This document shows positions 11,568 through 20,785 of a DNA stretch of 64,000 nt, one piece after another. Numbering within the stretch: the stretch's first letter is position 1; each line of letters begins with the position of its first letter. A program made the translations under genes and the position numbers. Origin of the DNA: an uncultured Actinomycetota bacterium (GTDB lineage: Bacteria; Actinomycetota; Actinomycetes; S36-B12); NCBI GenBank assembly GCA_963749905.1, contig CAVVOF010000006.1:318379-382378 (forward strand), written 5' to 3'. A model generated the notes under the pieces. The model saw only the letters and a program-made list of their open reading frames with translations. It was not told the origin of the DNA and made no database searches.

Positions 11568-11578
11568 AGGAGGTCAGG

Positions 11579-11926
11579 TCAGTGGAAGGAGTCGCCGCAC
11601 GCGCATGAGCCGGTGGCGTTCGGGTTGTCGATCGTGAAGCCCTGCTTCTCGATGGTGTCGACGAAGTCGATGGTGGCACCGCTGAGGTACGGGGCGCTCA
11701 TCCGGTCAGTGACCACGCCGACGCCGCCGAAGTCCTTGAGCACGTCGCCGTCGAGGCTGCGATCGTCGAAGAAGAGCTGGTAGCGCAGCCCCGAGCAGCC
11801 GCCCGGCTGCACGGCTACGCGGAGGGTGAGGTCGTCGCGGCCCTCGGCCTCGAGGAGTGCCCGCACCTTGCTAGCGGCCTCGTCGGTCAGGAGGATGCCG
11901 TCGGTCGTGGTGGTCTCAGCGGACAT
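11579..11926 (-). CDS. A-type Fe-S carrier protein (HesB/IscA/ErpA family)
   Basis: GGCSGLRY, IDNPNATGSCACGDSF. Confidence 0.95.
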   Translation of the reverse strand: MSAETTTTDGILLTDEAASKVRALLEAEGRDDLTLRVAVQPGGCSGLRYQLFFDDRSLDGDVLKDFGGVGVVTDRMSAPYLSGATIDFVDTIEKQGFTIDNPNATGSCACGDSFH

Positions 11927-12051
11927 GTTTCGTGCCTTTCGTGACTTGTGGCCGGAATCGGGCCGTGCTAGCGGTCCCAATGCCGTCCCAGACTCTCATA
12001 CGTCAGGCCTGCGCGCGAACCGCCACCACGCGGGATGCGACACTTCATCCC

Positions 12052-13248
12052 ATGGCGAACACGTTCACCGAACCCGAACCGACGCCCCTGGCCCTGCTGC
12101 TCATGGGCCACGGCTCCGACCCGGATACCGAGCGCGGCGTGGAGTGCCCGGGCACCCTGCCCTCGCCGTCCGATCCCGGCCTCGTCGAACGCGCCCGGGC
12201 GGCCAAGGAGGCACTGGGCGACCGGGTCTACATCCTCGGCCACCACTACCAGCGTGACGAGGTCATCCAGTTCGCGGACGTGACCGGAGACTCGTTCAAG
12301 CTGTCCCAGCAGGCGGCCGCGCATCCCGAGGCGGAGTTCATCGTCTTCGCCGGCGTGCACTTCATGGCCGAGAGCGCCGACATCCTCACGGCCGGACACC
12401 AGCAGGTGATCCTGCCCGACCTCGCGGCCGGCTGCTCGATGGCGGACATGGCCGAGATCCAGCAGGTGGAGGACTGCTGGGCGGTGCTCGAGGACGTCGG
12501 CATCGCCGACGTCACGGTGCCGATCACCTACATGAACTCGTCAGCGGCCATCAAGTCCTTCACCGGTCGGCACGGCGGCTCCGTGTGCACGTCGAGCAAC
12601 GCCGAGCGGAGCCTGACATGGGCGTTCGAGCAGGGCGAGAAGGTCCTGTTCCTCCCCGACCAGCACCTCGGGCGCAACACCGCTGTGCTGGACCTCGGGA
12701 TGTCCCTCGACGACTGCGTCGTCTACAACCCCAACCGGCCGCGGGGTGGGCTGACGGACGAGCAGCTGCGCAACGCCCGGATGATCCTGTGGCGCGGGCA
12801 CTGCTCGGTGCACGCCCGGTTCTCGGCGGACACCGTCGACGAGGTGCGCGAGCGCGTCCCTGGGGTGCAGGTCATCGTGCATCCCGAGTGCAAGCACGAG
12901 GTGGTGTCCAAGGCCGACGTCGTCGGCTCGACGGAGAAGATCATCGCGACGATCGCGGCGGCGGAGCCCGGCACCGCGTGGGCCGTCGGCACTGAGCTGA
13001 ACCTGGTCAAGCGGCTGGCCGAGCAGCACCCGGACAAGGAGGTGCTCTTCCTCGACCGGACGGTCTGCTACTGCTCGACGATGAACCGGATCGACCTGCC
13101 GCACCTGGTCTTCGCGCTGGAGTCGCTCGTCAACGGCGAGGTCGTCAACCGGATCGAGGTGGACGAGGACACTGCGCGCTGGGCGAAGGTCGCACTCGAC
13201 CGCATGCTGGCACTGCCCGGCGTGAGCACCGCAGCGAAGCCGGACTGA
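12052..13248 (+). CDS. nadA: quinolinate synthase
   Basis: ILGHHYQR, GVHFMAE, AGCSMADM, YMNSSA, CTSSNA, CSVH, HPEC, C..MNR. Confidence 0.96.
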   Translation: MANTFTEPEPTPLALLLMGHGSDPDTERGVECPGTLPSPSDPGLVERARAAKEALGDRVYILGHHYQRDEVIQFADVTGDSFKLSQQAAAHPEAEFIVFAGVHFMAESADILTAGHQQVILPDLAAGCSMADMAEIQQVEDCWAVLEDVGIADVTVPITYMNSSAAIKSFTGRHGGSVCTSSNAERSLTWAFEQGEKVLFLPDQHLGRNTAVLDLGMSLDDCVVYNPNRPRGGLTDEQLRNARMILWRGHCSVHARFSADTVDEVRERVPGVQVIVHPECKHEVVSKADVVGSTEKIIATIAAAEPGTAWAVGTELNLVKRLAEQHPDKEVLFLDRTVCYCSTMNRIDLPHLVFALESLVNGEVVNRIEVDEDTARWAKVALDRMLALPGVSTAAKPD

Positions 13249-13257
13249 CGGCGCGGG

Positions 13258-16011
13258 CTACGGAGCGGCCGCCAGGCTTGTGCGGGCCAGTTCCAGCACC
13301 GCGCCGATCGTCAGGTGACGGCCGGCCTCGGCAGCCGCGACCGCCTGCGCCTCCGACAGCTGGCCACGGGCTCGGTCGATGTCCTCCAGGCCGGGCAGCT
13401 GATCCGAATACACGTTGACGATGCCCTCCTCACGCGCGAAGACCTCCGCCGCGGCCGCGATCTGCACGGACCTCTCGGGACGGTCCTCCAAGGCCTCCGT
13501 CGCCGCGAGGCCGACGAGCGACAGGCCGACGCCGCGCGTGCTGGCCACGTCGACATAGGCCTCGACGGCGTCCAGCAGGTGCTCCCGGGCCCGCTGGGGC
13601 TGGCCGTGACGCAGGTGGAGCCAGGCCGTCTCGTCGAGGATCCGGGCCTGTTCCGCACGATCGCCGACGGCCTCGAACGACGCGAGCGCCTCGCCGTAGA
13701 AGTCGACCGCCTCGATGAACTGGCCGCGGCCGGCGGCCAGCTGCGCGAGGCCACCCAGGGTGAGCCCTGCCCCCTCCTGGTCACCGAGTCGGCGCTGGAT
13801 CCCGAGTGCGTACTCGTAGCTGGCGTGAGCTCCCTCGTGATCGCCCGCGACGGACTGCAGGATGCCGAGAATCGTGGATGCGAAGGCCTCGCTCCAGGAG
13901 AATCCCAGAGCTCGGCTCTCCTCGACGCTCTCCCGGGCAAGGGCGAGGCCGGCCTGGAGGTCGAACCCGAGCTGCCCGAGTGCTCGCAGGTGGGAGGCGA
14001 TGCACCTCTCCCGGCGTGCACCCAGGTCGGTGGCGATGGCGTACGCCTCCAGCCACTCGCCGTTCGCCTGCTCGTACTGGCCGAGCACCCAGGAGGTCAG
14101 TCCCGCCGTCAGGAGTGCCCCGGCTCGGCCGACAGTGCGCGCTGCGGATCCGTCAGCGGCCAGGAATGCGGTCGCGTAGTCCCGTGCCGTGATGTTCTTG
14201 CCCCGGATGTGCCAGTGCAGCGACAGGTCGCCGCACATCTGCAGGCCCGCCTCGGCTGCTGCCGCGTCCCCCGACCCAGACGCCGCAAGGAGGGTGTCGA
14301 GGGCCGCCACGAGGTTGCCCTCCTCCGTGATGCCGCGTTCCACCGCGCGGATCTGGCCGCCGGCCTCGGTGTCGTCGCGGATCTCCCGGCTCACGCTCGC
14401 GAAGCGATTGGCGTGGGCGAGTGCCGTGGCGGCCGCCTCTCCGGAGTCGTCCAGGCGTTCCGCTGCGTACTCGGCGATGGTCTGCAGCATGCGCAGACGC
14501 GCCTCTGGGCCGTCGATCTGCACCAGCGCCTTGTCGACGAGGGACTCGAGATCGTCCAGGTCCCCGCCCTCAGCGTGACCGCACACGGCCAGCGCATCGC
14601 CCACCGAGCACCCACCTGCGAAGACGGCCATGCGTCGGAACATGCGCTGCTCCTGCTCCGTCAGCAGTGAGTGGCTCCAGTCGATCGCGGCTCGCAGGGT
14701 CTGCTGGCGCTCCGGTACGTCGCGTGGGCCGGCCGTGAGGATGTCCAGGGCGTGGCCGAGCCGGTCAAGCAGCTCCTCGGGCGACAGCAGCCGCAGTCGC
14801 GCAGCGGCCAGTTCCAGCGCCAACGGAAGGCCATCCAGTCGACGACAGACGCTCGCCACCGCGTCGGCGTTCGCGGCGGTCAACTCGAAGCCACGTCGCG
14901 ACACCCTCGCACGCTCGACGAAGAGCCGAACCGACGGGAAGGCGAGGAGCTCCTCCGGCGTGCCGCCCTGAGCCGGCGCCGGGAGCGCGAGAGGTGCGAG
15001 CGGAAACTCGCGCTCGGCACCGATGTGCAGGAGGGCCCGGCTCGTTGCCACGATGCGCAGTTGCGGACACCGGTCTGCGAGCCCGGCCACGAGCGGCGCC
15101 GCCGACACCAGCTGCTCCAGGTTGTCGAGCAGCAGGACGGCCTTCTTGCTGCCGATCAGCGCGATGACGCCGTCCTCCAGGCTGCGCTCATCCGCCTCCT
15201 TGACGTCCAGCGCATCCGCCAGAGCCGGCAGGAAGTCCGCCGGTTCATCGACGTCGGAGAGATCGACGAAAGCCACGCCATCGAGGAACTCAGGAGCCAG
15301 TCGCCGGCCGAGCTCGGCCAGGAGACGCGTCTTGCCCACTCCGCCGGGGCCGGTGATCGTGACGACGCGGTGCCCTGGGACCAGCGTCTCCAGGGACTCC
15401 AGATCGGCCTCGCGGCCCACAAGTGGAGTCGTCGCCGCGGGCAGATTCGCGGGGAGGCTGGCGAACCGCTCGCCCTTCCCCTCGAGCGCCGCTGGATCGG
15501 GGACGACGATTCCTTGATCCGCCACGGCGAACAGCTCGACAGGACTTCCTACGTTCTTGAGGCGGAATCGACCGACGCTGACCACGGGCACGTCACGTCG
15601 GTTGGCGACCTGCTGCCGAGCGGCCTCGGACAGCATCACGCCGCCCGGCACGGCGAACGACTCGATTCGAGCCGCGATGTTCACCGCGTCCCCGGTGAGG
15701 CGCTCGGCATCAACGATCACGTCACCCACGTGGATCCCGATCCGCACTGACACCCCTCGGGGACCCAGGTCGCGCTGGATCGCGACGGCCGCCTGGACGG
15801 CGGCCAGGGCGCTCGGGAACATGCTCATGCTCCCGTCGCCCAGGCGCTGCACCACCGTTCCACCGGCCGACGCGTGCTCGCGGTCCACCGCATCCCAGTA
15901 GTGATCCCGCTTCTCGAGCGCTGAGCGCTCGTCCGCCTGCATGAGAGCGGAGTAGCCGACCATGTCGGTGAACATGACGGCGACCAGCCGGCGATCCAGC
16001 CCCTCGACCAC
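13258..16011 (-). CDS. class III nucleotide cyclase - STAND (NB-ARC-like) ATPase - TPR-like protein
   Basis: MFTDMVGYS, LGDG, GDAVNIAARI; GPGGVGKT, LLLDNLE, ATSR, LDGLPLALELAAAR; helical repeat C-terminus. Confidence 0.9.
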   Translation of the reverse strand: MVEGLDRRLVAVMFTDMVGYSALMQADERSALEKRDHYWDAVDREHASAGGTVVQRLGDGSMSMFPSALAAVQAAVAIQRDLGPRGVSVRIGIHVGDVIVDAERLTGDAVNIAARIESFAVPGGVMLSEAARQQVANRRDVPVVSVGRFRLKNVGSPVELFAVADQGIVVPDPAALEGKGERFASLPANLPAATTPLVGREADLESLETLVPGHRVVTITGPGGVGKTRLLAELGRRLAPEFLDGVAFVDLSDVDEPADFLPALADALDVKEADERSLEDGVIALIGSKKAVLLLDNLEQLVSAAPLVAGLADRCPQLRIVATSRALLHIGAEREFPLAPLALPAPAQGGTPEELLAFPSVRLFVERARVSRRGFELTAANADAVASVCRRLDGLPLALELAAARLRLLSPEELLDRLGHALDILTAGPRDVPERQQTLRAAIDWSHSLLTEQEQRMFRRMAVFAGGCSVGDALAVCGHAEGGDLDDLESLVDKALVQIDGPEARLRMLQTIAEYAAERLDDSGEAAATALAHANRFASVSREIRDDTEAGGQIRAVERGITEEGNLVAALDTLLAASGSGDAAAAEAGLQMCGDLSLHWHIRGKNITARDYATAFLAADGSAARTVGRAGALLTAGLTSWVLGQYEQANGEWLEAYAIATDLGARRERCIASHLRALGQLGFDLQAGLALARESVEESRALGFSWSEAFASTILGILQSVAGDHEGAHASYEYALGIQRRLGDQEGAGLTLGGLAQLAAGRGQFIEAVDFYGEALASFEAVGDRAEQARILDETAWLHLRHGQPQRAREHLLDAVEAYVDVASTRGVGLSLVGLAATEALEDRPERSVQIAAAAEVFAREEGIVNVYSDQLPGLEDIDRARGQLSEAQAVAAAEAGRHLTIGAVLELARTSLAAAP

Positions 16012-16169
16012 GGAACCCCCTCGTCGGCTTGGTTGGCACCGGGCCTACTGAGGGTAGCGTCACGCGACCCCTCCCGGTTTCCCATGCGTGAACCCGCCCG
16101 TCGCACACCGACCCCCGGGCATCGCCGGCTGCCGAATGTCGCGATGTCAGCGCCGCCCGCTCAGCCACT

Positions 16170-16237
16170 CCCGTCTGTCTTGAGGTTGGTGGTCGCAAAA
16201 CGTACGTTTTGCGACCACCAACCTCAAGACAGACGGG
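16170..16237. repeat. 68-bp perfect palindrome, REP-like (copy 1)
   Basis: cccgtctgtcttgaggttggtggtcgcaaaacgt|acgttttgcgaccaccaacctcaagacagacggg. Confidence 0.95.
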
Positions 16238-16246
16238 GAGTACGTA

Positions 16247-16820
16247 CTAGAGCCCGGGGGCTCCCCAGACGGCGAACCAGCGATTGAGGTCCTTCTCCAT
16301 CGGCAGCTCGCCGGCCAGCAGGTCACGGACCCGCAGCTCCAGCACGTTGTCGCGCTGCTCGCCCTCCGGCCGCGGGCGCGAACGGGTAGAACGTGCCGCG
16401 CTTGTACAGGTACACGAGCGACAGCGACCGGTCGTCGGGGTCGCGGAACGACAGCAGCGAGCACAGCAGCTGCGGGCCGAAGCCCGCCTCCACCAGCGAG
16501 GTGTTGACGGCGTGCACGTCGGTGACCGCTGACGGCAGATCGGGCGGATCCGTCGCCACCACCAGCCACGTGAAGCCGAAGTCGTCGACGGACGCCTCCA
16601 CCGGCGGTCCGCCATCCGTGTCGAGCAGCCGCCTGACCTCGTCCACCACGTCGGCGAAGGCCCGGCCCTCCGGCGCTCGGAAGGCCACCGAGCCGCGGCC
16701 CGTCGGCTGCATGTCGAGGCTGACCTGCAGGCTGATCGCCGCCCCCGGCAGCGCGAACAGCGCGTCGAGGTTCGGGCCGGTCGGCTTGCGCCGCCCCATC
16801 ACCGCGTCGAGGAACCCCAC
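16247..16820 (-). CDS. PspA-associated protein, PspAB family (frameshift near 16375)
   Basis: MGFLDAVMGR, DDFGFTW, LVYLYKRGTFYPFAP, RDNVLELR, RWFAVWGAPGL; follows pspA-htpX. Confidence 0.85.
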
Positions 16821-17722
16821 TACCGCTCACCCAGTTCGGCGGAGATCTTCGCCAACTGCTCCAGACGTCGCTCGAGGGGCGGATGCGTCGCCATCAGCGA
16901 CTCGAAGCCGAAGCTGCGGCCCGGGGCAAGGGCCGGGGCGAACGCGAAGGCGCTCACGGACTGCATCTGCCTGAGGTCGCGGGTCGGGATGGCGCCCATG
17001 TCCCCGGTGATCTTCTGCAGGGCGCGGGCCAGCGACGTCGGCTTCCCGGTGAGCAGCGCTGCCCCGCGGTCGGCACCGAGCTCCCGGTACCGCGACAGCG
17101 CGCGGATGAGCAGGTAGGAGACGAAGTACACGACGACGCTGACGACGGTGATCGCGAGGAACATCACCGCGGTGTTCTGGTCGCGGTTGCGTCCCATCGA
17201 GCTCCACATCACGCTGCGGGTCATGAAGCCGGCCAGGATCGCGGTGAACGACGCGATCGTCATGACGGTCACGTCGCGATGGGCGACGTGCGAGAGCTCG
17301 TGCGCCAGCACACCCTCGAGCTCCTCGGCATCCAGTCGCTTGAGCAGGCCGGTGGTGACGACGATGACGGCGCGCGACTGGGTGCGCCCGGTGGCGAACG
17401 CGTTTGGCACGTCGCTGTCGGCGATCCCGACGCGCGGCTTGGACATGTCGGCCATCGCGCAGACGCGATCGACGATCGCATGCAGCTGCGGGGCCTGTTC
17501 CGGCGTGACCACGTGCGCCCGCATGGACGACATGGCCAGTGAGTCCGAGAACCACCACTGCGCGAACAGCAGCGCGCCGCTGATCCCGATGACGAAGACC
17601 GCATTGAAGCCGACCGTGTACAGCACCGCGGCCAGGATGACGTAGAGCAGCCCGAGGCCGAACATGGTGCCGAACATGCGGGCGGTCAGGCCCCGATCCG
17701 TGCCGTAACGCGTACGCGCCAT
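16820..17722 (-). CDS. htpX: zinc metalloprotease HtpX (M48)
   Basis: PNAFATG, LAHELSH, SRYRE, THPP; TM helices. Confidence 0.93.
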   Translation of the reverse strand: MARTRYGTDRGLTARMFGTMFGLGLLYVILAAVLYTVGFNAVFVIGISGALLFAQWWFSDSLAMSSMRAHVVTPEQAPQLHAIVDRVCAMADMSKPRVGIADSDVPNAFATGRTQSRAVIVVTTGLLKRLDAEELEGVLAHELSHVAHRDVTVMTIASFTAILAGFMTRSVMWSSMGRNRDQNTAVMFLAITVVSVVVYFVSYLLIRALSRYRELGADRGAALLTGKPTSLARALQKITGDMGAIPTRDLRQMQSVSAFAFAPALAPGRSFGFESLMATHPPLERRLEQLAKISAELGER

Positions 17723-17729
17723 CGACGTC

Positions 17730-18458
17730 CTAAGACTCCAGCTCGGGCTTGGCCGGCGCCGCCGCGACCTCAGCCTTGAGCGCGGCCAGCTGGTTCTCGA
17801 CGTCGGACTCGCTGGCCATCCGCTCCAGCTCGACCGTGATGTTGTCCTTGCCCATGCTCGTCACGTCGCTGAGCGCCCCGGACGCCACGAGTTCATCGAT
17901 GGCGCCGGCGCGCGCCTGCATCTGCGCGGTCTTGTCCTCGGCCCGCTGGACGGCAAGGCCGACATCGCCGAGCTCGTCCGAGATGCCCGCGAACGCCTCG
18001 TTGATCTTCGTCTGGGCCTCGGCGGCCGAGTAGGTGGCCTTGATGGTCTCCTTCTTGGTGCGGAAGGTCTCGACCTTGGCCTGGAGCTGCTGCGCGGCCG
18101 CGGTCAGCTTCTCCTCCTGGTCCTGCAGCGTGGCGAGCTGGGCCTGCAGGTCGGCGATCTGCTGGTGCAGGCCGCTTCGCCGCGTCAGCGCCTCGCGGGC
18201 GAGATCCTCGCGGCCCCCGGCGAGGGCTGCGCGGGCCTGCTCCTCGAGCTTGGCCTCCTGCTGTGCGAGCCCCTGGATCTGCAGTTCGAGGCGCTTGCGG
18301 CTGGTGGCGACGTCGGCCACTCCGCGGCGCACCTTCTGCAGCAGTTCGAGCTGCTTCTCGTACGAGTAGTCGAGGGTCTCGCGGGGATCCTCGGCCCGGT
18401 CCAGCGCCTTGTTGGCCTTGGACTTGAAGATCATCTTGAAACGCTGCCACAGACCCAT
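17730..18458 (-). CDS. pspA: PspA/IM30 family protein
   Basis: AEDPRETLD, GREDLAREAL, long coiled coil, ARAGAIDEL. Confidence 0.92.
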   Translation of the reverse strand: MGLWQRFKMIFKSKANKALDRAEDPRETLDYSYEKQLELLQKVRRGVADVATSRKRLELQIQGLAQQEAKLEEQARAALAGGREDLAREALTRRSGLHQQIADLQAQLATLQDQEEKLTAAAQQLQAKVETFRTKKETIKATYSAAEAQTKINEAFAGISDELGDVGLAVQRAEDKTAQMQARAGAIDELVASGALSDVTSMGKDNITVELERMASESDVENQLAALKAEVAAAPAKPELES

Positions 18459-18536
18459 CGGGGACCCTTCCGTCGTCGGCGTGATCTCCAGCCTATGCGG
18501 AGCACCCCACGGTCGCACAGGCTAGGCTCGCCAATC

Positions 18537-19143
18537 ATGTTCGGACGCAACAAGCCCGCCGATTCCGCTGCCACGCCGACGCCCTCGGCGACGGAGCAGG
18601 ACGCCCGCGCGCCCAAGGGCCGTCCCACGCCCTCCCGGCAAGGAGGCCGAGGCGGCCCGCAAGCAGAACCTGCGGATCCCGAAGGACCCGAAGGCCGCGA
18701 AGAAGGCCGCCCGGGAGCGGGACCGCGAGGAGCGGTCACGTGCTCGCGCGGGCATGCTCGCCGGGGACGAGCGCTACCTGCCGCCGAGGGATCGTGGCCC
18801 GGCCAAGGCGTTCACCCGCGACTTCGTCGACTCCCGATTCACCATCGCGGAGTTCTTCATCTTCATCGCGATCGCCGTGCTCGCCCTGGGCTTCATCCGC
18901 AACGCCACCGTGCAGTCGTTCGTGACGCTGGCCTTCCTGCTGTTCGCCCTCGTCATCATCGTCGACACCGGCATCCTGCTGTTCAGCCTGGACCGGCGGG
19001 CCAAGGAGCAGTTCCCCAACAAGCCCGATCGCAAGGGCATCCTGCTGTACGCGACGCTGCGCACCGTCCAGCTGCGCCGGCTGCGCCTGCCCCCGCCGCG
19101 GGTCCGTCGCGGCGGCGCCCGTCGTCAAGTAGTCGTCAAGTAG
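18537..19143 (+). CDS. DUF3043-like membrane protein (frameshift near 18637)
   Basis: KGRPTP.RKEAE, GDERYLPPRDRGP, RRLRLPPP; usual neighbour of pspA in actinobacteria. Confidence 0.85.
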
Positions 19144-19167
19144 TCGGTAGGCAACCCTGGAGGTCGC

Positions 19168-19362
19168 ATGACCTGGTTCTGGAGTTACGACCCGTCCACC
19201 GGCGAGCGCGGCGAGCGGTCGCAGGGCTTCCCGACGCAGGCCGACGCCGAGACGTGGCTCGGCGAGTCCTGGCGTGACCTGCTCGACGGCGGCGTGTCTC
19301 AGGTGTCGTTGATGGAGGACGACCACGTCGCCTACGGCCCGATGAGCCTGCATCCGGAGTAG
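19168..19362 (+). CDS. small conserved actinobacterial hypothetical protein
   Basis: GGAGG RBS; FPTQADAETWLGESWRDL...YGPMSL pattern. Confidence 0.8.
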   Translation: MTWFWSYDPSTGERGERSQGFPTQADAETWLGESWRDLLDGGVSQVSLMEDDHVAYGPMSLHPE

Positions 19363-19400
19363 CGCCCCGTCTACCCTTGACAGTGGATTGGGGGGCAGCC

Positions 19401-20483
19401 ATGGCGACCGCTCTCGCACCGGAAGAGGGCACCCGCGGGATCTTCCTCCAGACCGCGCGGCGCCAGATCCCGCCTGTGCTAGCGGCGGCGGGCGTCCTGA
19501 CCGCCGTGTTCGCCGTGGTCAACGCGGTGGCCCTGCCTGACGAAGCCGCCACCACCTGGGTGATCAACGTGGTCTTCGCGCCGGTGTTCCTCATCCTGGC
19601 CTGGGTCCTGCGCCGTGGACAGCTCCCCGACACCGCGCTGCCGTGGATCTGGACGATGTGCAGCGTCGCCCTCGTGGGCATGCTCCTCCACGCCTATGCG
19701 CAGATGCCCACTGCGGCGAACCTCGCCTATGTGGTGCTGGTCATGATCGTCTTCGGACCGCTGACGCACGCGTGGCTTCCGTTCGCGCTGGGAGCGGTCG
19801 TGATGGAGATCGGCGCCGTGGCGACGTTCTCTGCCGTGGTGACCCCGGTGGAGGTGCGGGAGAACTCGCTCGTCTGCGCCAGTGCCCTGCTGGTGGGCGC
19901 CATCCTCCTGCAACTGCGACTCTCCGCACTCTCCGATCTCGCCGACATGCAGGTCGAACTGGCTCGCCAGGCGGCCTACGACCCCTTGACCGAAGTCCTC
20001 AACCGCAACGGGCTCGAGCGCGCGATCCCGGCCTTCCTCGCGACGGCGCAGCGCACCGAGGAACCGGTCCTCGCGTGGTTCGTCGACGTGCGCGGCCTCA
20101 AGAAGGCGAACGACCGGCTCGGTCATCGCTTCGGCGACGAACTGCTCTCGGCCGTCGCACGTGCCCTGCGGTCGTGCATCCGCACGAACGACCTCCTGGT
20201 GCGCTGGGGCGGCGACGAGTTCCTCGTTCTCGGGACGGGCTCGCCCGGAGCGGCAGCCGACCTGAACGCACGCGTGGACCGCATGCTTGCCGCCGATGCC
20301 GCGATCACCGATCGCTGGAAGGGGTCGGTCACCGTCGGCTTCGCCTCGGCGCCCGCTGTCGACGGGCCGGCGGGGCTCGACGAGCTCATCGCGCGTGCCG
20401 ACCAGGACATGTACCGGCGACGCGCGACAGCGGACGGTCCGCTCGAACAGGCCGGACAGCGGGATCTGCACCCCCGGACGTAA
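19401..20483 (+). CDS. membrane-bound GGDEF diguanylate cyclase (alternative TTG start at 19377)
   Basis: Several TM helices, DPLT, KKANDRLGH..GD, RTND I-site, RWGGDEF, RADQDMY. Confidence 0.9.
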   Translation: MATALAPEEGTRGIFLQTARRQIPPVLAAAGVLTAVFAVVNAVALPDEAATTWVINVVFAPVFLILAWVLRRGQLPDTALPWIWTMCSVALVGMLLHAYAQMPTAANLAYVVLVMIVFGPLTHAWLPFALGAVVMEIGAVATFSAVVTPVEVRENSLVCASALLVGAILLQLRLSALSDLADMQVELARQAAYDPLTEVLNRNGLERAIPAFLATAQRTEEPVLAWFVDVRGLKKANDRLGHRFGDELLSAVARALRSCIRTNDLLVRWGGDEFLVLGTGSPGAAADLNARVDRMLAADAAITDRWKGSVTVGFASAPAVDGPAGLDELIARADQDMYRRRATADGPLEQAGQRDLHPRT

Positions 20484-20554
20484 CGTCACCGGCCGCGTCC
20501 TTTGACACGCCACGGTCGCGCGTGGTCGGATCAGCCCACAACTTCATCACCACT

Positions 20555-20645
20555 CGTTCGACGTCCAGGGGAAGTCCGGTGAGATCCCGGCGCTGTCCCG
20601 CAACCGTGTTCCCCGCAAGGGGTGAGTCGGAGCACCTGGCGAACG
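20555..20645 (+). promoter_or_regulatory. cobalamin riboswitch aptamer (short form)
   Basis: ggggaagtccggtgagatcccggcgctgtcccgcaaccgtg...gagtcggagcacctg B12-box; closing pairing cgttcg..ccagg / cctgg-cgaacg; upstream of ECF and cob genes. Confidence 0.9.
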
Positions 20646-20702
20646 CGAGCGGCTCCATCCGTCGAGGTAACGGGACGGGAGCTCGGGTCCCCACCCAGCC
20701 GT

Positions 20703-20736
20703 CCCCCGACTGCTTCAGCAGCGGGGGTTTCGCTTT
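20703..20736 (+). terminator. terminator-like hairpin in the riboswitch expression platform
   Basis: cccccg-a-ctgct-tc-agcag-cggggg followed by tttcgcttt. Confidence 0.5.
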
Positions 20737-20785
20737 CCGGGGCACGCAGCGACCGGTCCGGCACCGCTCCCCCAGAAGGGCACCC

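Noticed and set aside
16247-18458. pspA-htpX-pspAB as a novel system
   Set aside because: This is an already described actinobacterial Psp gene context.
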